A stretch of DNA of 63,952 nucleotides, counting the filler, from Folioceros fuciformis (Eukaryota), in assembly GCA_049999805.1 (NCBI GenBank). It is 9 parts of 9 records of this genome, joined end to end, with 100 filler letters (N's around TTAATTAATTAA, not from the genome) between each part and the next. Parts side by side here need not be neighbours in the genome. Positions count along the whole stretch, not along the records: positions 39,715 to 62,531 come from JBNGIO010001107.1; positions 62,632 to 63,952 come from JBNGIO010001181.1; 7 more parts are not named here. One strand, 5' to 3'. Below the pieces are notes generated by a model. The model ran no database searches. It was not told the origin of the DNA and worked only from the letters and a program-made list of their open reading frames with translations. Positions 61,602-63,952 of the stretch are shown piece after piece (position 1 is the first letter of the stretch; every line of letters starts with the position of its first letter). Both the position numbers and the translations under genes were made by a program.

Positions 61602-62531
61602 ATGTGGCAGGAGACCAAGAGAGGACGCGACGACAGTTTCGGACGTGTGCTGGGAAATCCGGAGTGCGGACCATGGGATGATGCAACCGGATTTGCAAGG
61701 AGCAGTCGAGCACGTGGGATGCCCGCGTCTCGCTCACAGGCCAAGAGTCAGAGCGAGTTGCTCGGTGTTGCACACTCGCAGCAGCGCAGCGGCAGCCCTG
61801 AGGAGGATGGCCGCCCTGCCCCAGCCGCCCACCAACAAAACTACACGAAGCAGCAGCAGGAACAGCAGGAGCCGCAACAGCAGCAGCCGCCGCAACAGCA
61901 GCAAGAGGAAGGTGGAGAGCGAGCTATGTCCTCTGACATCCGCAGCTCTGCTTCCTCCCTCAGGAGTGACTCCAGCAAGCGCAAGCACCCGGACCGTTCG
62001 CCAGCTACAACGACAACGACGACCACAACAACAACATCAACTGACCCTGCCTCGGCTTCGGCTTCAGCCTCTGCCTCTGCCGCCTCCTCCAAGCGTTACC
62101 GCCAGGACCGATTCTGCTACACCAGCCTCTCCACGCTCTCCAGCTCCCTCACCCAGGAAGTGCGGTCCGACCCGGCGTCCAGCGCCAGCTGCGTGGAGGA
62201 TGCTGAGGAGCAGAACCAGCTGCAACAGCAGGAAGGCGGGATCATGCTCTTGCGCGGGCCGAGGTACCGCGTGAGCGCCAAATCTAAATCATCGCGACCG
62301 GGCTCAGCGTCTGCCAAACGCATGCACCATCAGCTGCTCAAGCTGCCGGCCACGCAGGAGGCCAGCTGCGATGCGCTCAGCCTCGTGGACACGGCGGGGG
62401 GCATTGTCACCAAGCTGTCAACAGTGGGGACGTGCTGCTCCACAGATGCCACCAGCAGAGAAAGCGAGGATGAAGATGTCACCAGCTTCGACCCGGACCA
62501 CCAGAGGAGGAAGGGTCAGGGCAGGGGAGGG
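61602..62531 (+). CDS. Unknown protein, low-complexity N-terminal region (poly-Q, poly-T, SA repeats), cut by contig end
   Basis: Open GC-rich frame of ~310 codons; no recognisable domain before the gap. Confidence 0.55.
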
Positions 62532-62632
62532 NNNNNNNNNNNNNNNNNNNNNNNNNNNNNNNNNNNNNNNNNNNNTTAATTAATTAANNNNNNNNNNNNN
62601 NNNNNNNNNNNNNNNNNNNNNNNNNNNNNNNA

Positions 62633-63295
62633 TATGGTGGCAGAGGAGGTGGGGGCAATAATTATGGAGGAGGTGGAGGAGGAGGAGGATATGGAGGAGG
62701 TGGTGGTGGCGGGTATGGTGGAGGTAGGTCATCCGGTAGAAGTTATGAAAATCCAGACCACGGGGGTGGTTTTCAAAATGGTCGTTCGGGCTACGGTGGG
62801 GACGAGTCGAAGCCTGATGGGAACGATGAGCCTCCCAAGGTGAAGCAGTGTGATGAGAACTGCGGGGACACTTGTGACAACACAAGAATCTATATTTCAG
62901 GCTTGCCTTTAGATGTTACGGTGGAGGAGCTGAGGACGCTGTTCGGGGGAATTGGTCAGGTTGCCAGAATAAAGCAAAAGCGCGGCTATAAAGATCAGTG
63001 GCCGTGGAATGTCAAGATTTACACAGATGATGCAGGGAAGCCAAAGGGGGATGCTGTTCTTTCTTACGAGGACCCCTCTGCAGCACACAAGGCTGGCGAG
63101 TTTTTTAATGACCATGAGCTGCGACCAGGACACAAGATCAAAGTGTCCATGGCTGAGAAGTCTGCGCCTAGAGCTCCACCTCCTTCTTACGGAAGGGGAG
63201 GCGGTGGCTTTCGTGGTGGAGGTGGTGGACGAGGGTACGGCGGCCCTGACAGGCGCGAAGGTGGGGGTTACAACAACAGATCACGTCCCTATTGA
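62633..63295 (+). CDS. TAF15b: FET-family RNA-binding protein TAF15b-like, 3' part (Gly/Tyr-rich region, RRM, RGG, PY-NLS)
   Basis: VKQCDENCGDTCDNTRIYISGLP...RIKQKRGYKDQWPWNVKIYTD..GKPKGDAVLSYEDPSAAH; terminal RSRPY. Confidence 0.9.
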   Translation, partial: YGGRGGGGNNYGGGGGGGGYGGGGGGGYGGGRSSGRSYENPDHGGGFQNGRSGYGGDESKPDGNDEPPKVKQCDENCGDTCDNTRIYISGLPLDVTVEELRTLFGGIGQVARIKQKRGYKDQWPWNVKIYTDDAGKPKGDAVLSYEDPSAAHKAGEFFNDHELRPGHKIKVSMAEKSAPRAPPPSYGRGGGGFRGGGGGRGYGGPDRREGGGYNNRSRPY

Positions 63296-63952
63296 AACAG
63301 GAGCTAGGGCTGGAAAGTAACGGTGATGCTGAATGCTACAATTTTGGTGGCTTGATGTAAGTGTTACGTCTGTTCATCTTTCCATGCTCCACATCGCAGC
63401 TCACTTTTGTACCATGGTTCTCGAAAGCCAACCAGGTGTGGTTATTACATTATGTGCCCACGACTCTACAGCTTCCCTGCCTGTGGGCGAGCTAAGCTGT
63501 TGCAAGCATAGCCTTGGAGAGTCGAGCAGTGTCTGGTGAAGTGGAGCTAACGGTGGGGACATCGACGAACATTGGGAAGATCCTTTGAGGATTAGTGGTG
63601 GCTTTAGTTCCTAGCTCTCGATGGTCAACGATACTGTTCTGCCTTCCAGGCTGACTGCAATGTGGGTAGATAGCTAAAAGGTTTGGAAGTAGCGAGAGTC
63701 CATTGTCGGATGTGGTGCACACTCTTTAGGGGTCAATTTACTATTACTTGCTGAACAGTAGAATGAGTGAAGCTGGCAGTGCCCTGTTGCACAAGATTTT
63801 TTTGTAATAGCTACCCGGTAGTCAACCTTTTGGACGAGTGTAGAGTCATGAGAGCATTTGTAATTGTAGCAAGGAGGGATTTTGGTTTTGACGTGAAGAA
63901 CCAAATCAATGTTGAGGAGTGGTGGGCGGCCAGGGTTTCAGGTGCGGAGGGA

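Overview
Eukaryotic land-plant nuclear DNA made of nine unlinked pieces joined by 100-nt N spacers that each carry the six-frame stop linker TTAATTAATTAA. Short introns and PLS-class PPR genes with a 'WW'-type PG box suggest a seed-free plant, probably a hornwort (inference). Genes: AIRP2-like RING E3 ligase, two long intronless PLS-E(WW) PPR editing factors, a pectate lyase-like gene, a clade-D PP2C (partial), alternative oxidase, a dirigent protein (partial), an F-box protein and TAF15b (partial). There is also a malectin-like RLK pseudogene, several PPR pseudogenes, Copia and MULE remnants, and minisatellites. The main result is an unannotated, stop-riddled retropepsin plus C5-cytosine DNA methyltransferase reading frame (23388-24917), i.e. 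a retrotransposon-borne DNMT buried under nested LTR insertions. Other highlights are an old inverted duplication of a PPR locus (52130-59648), an AOX with CysI replaced by Asp, and a pectate lyase whose catalytic Arg is replaced by Tyr.
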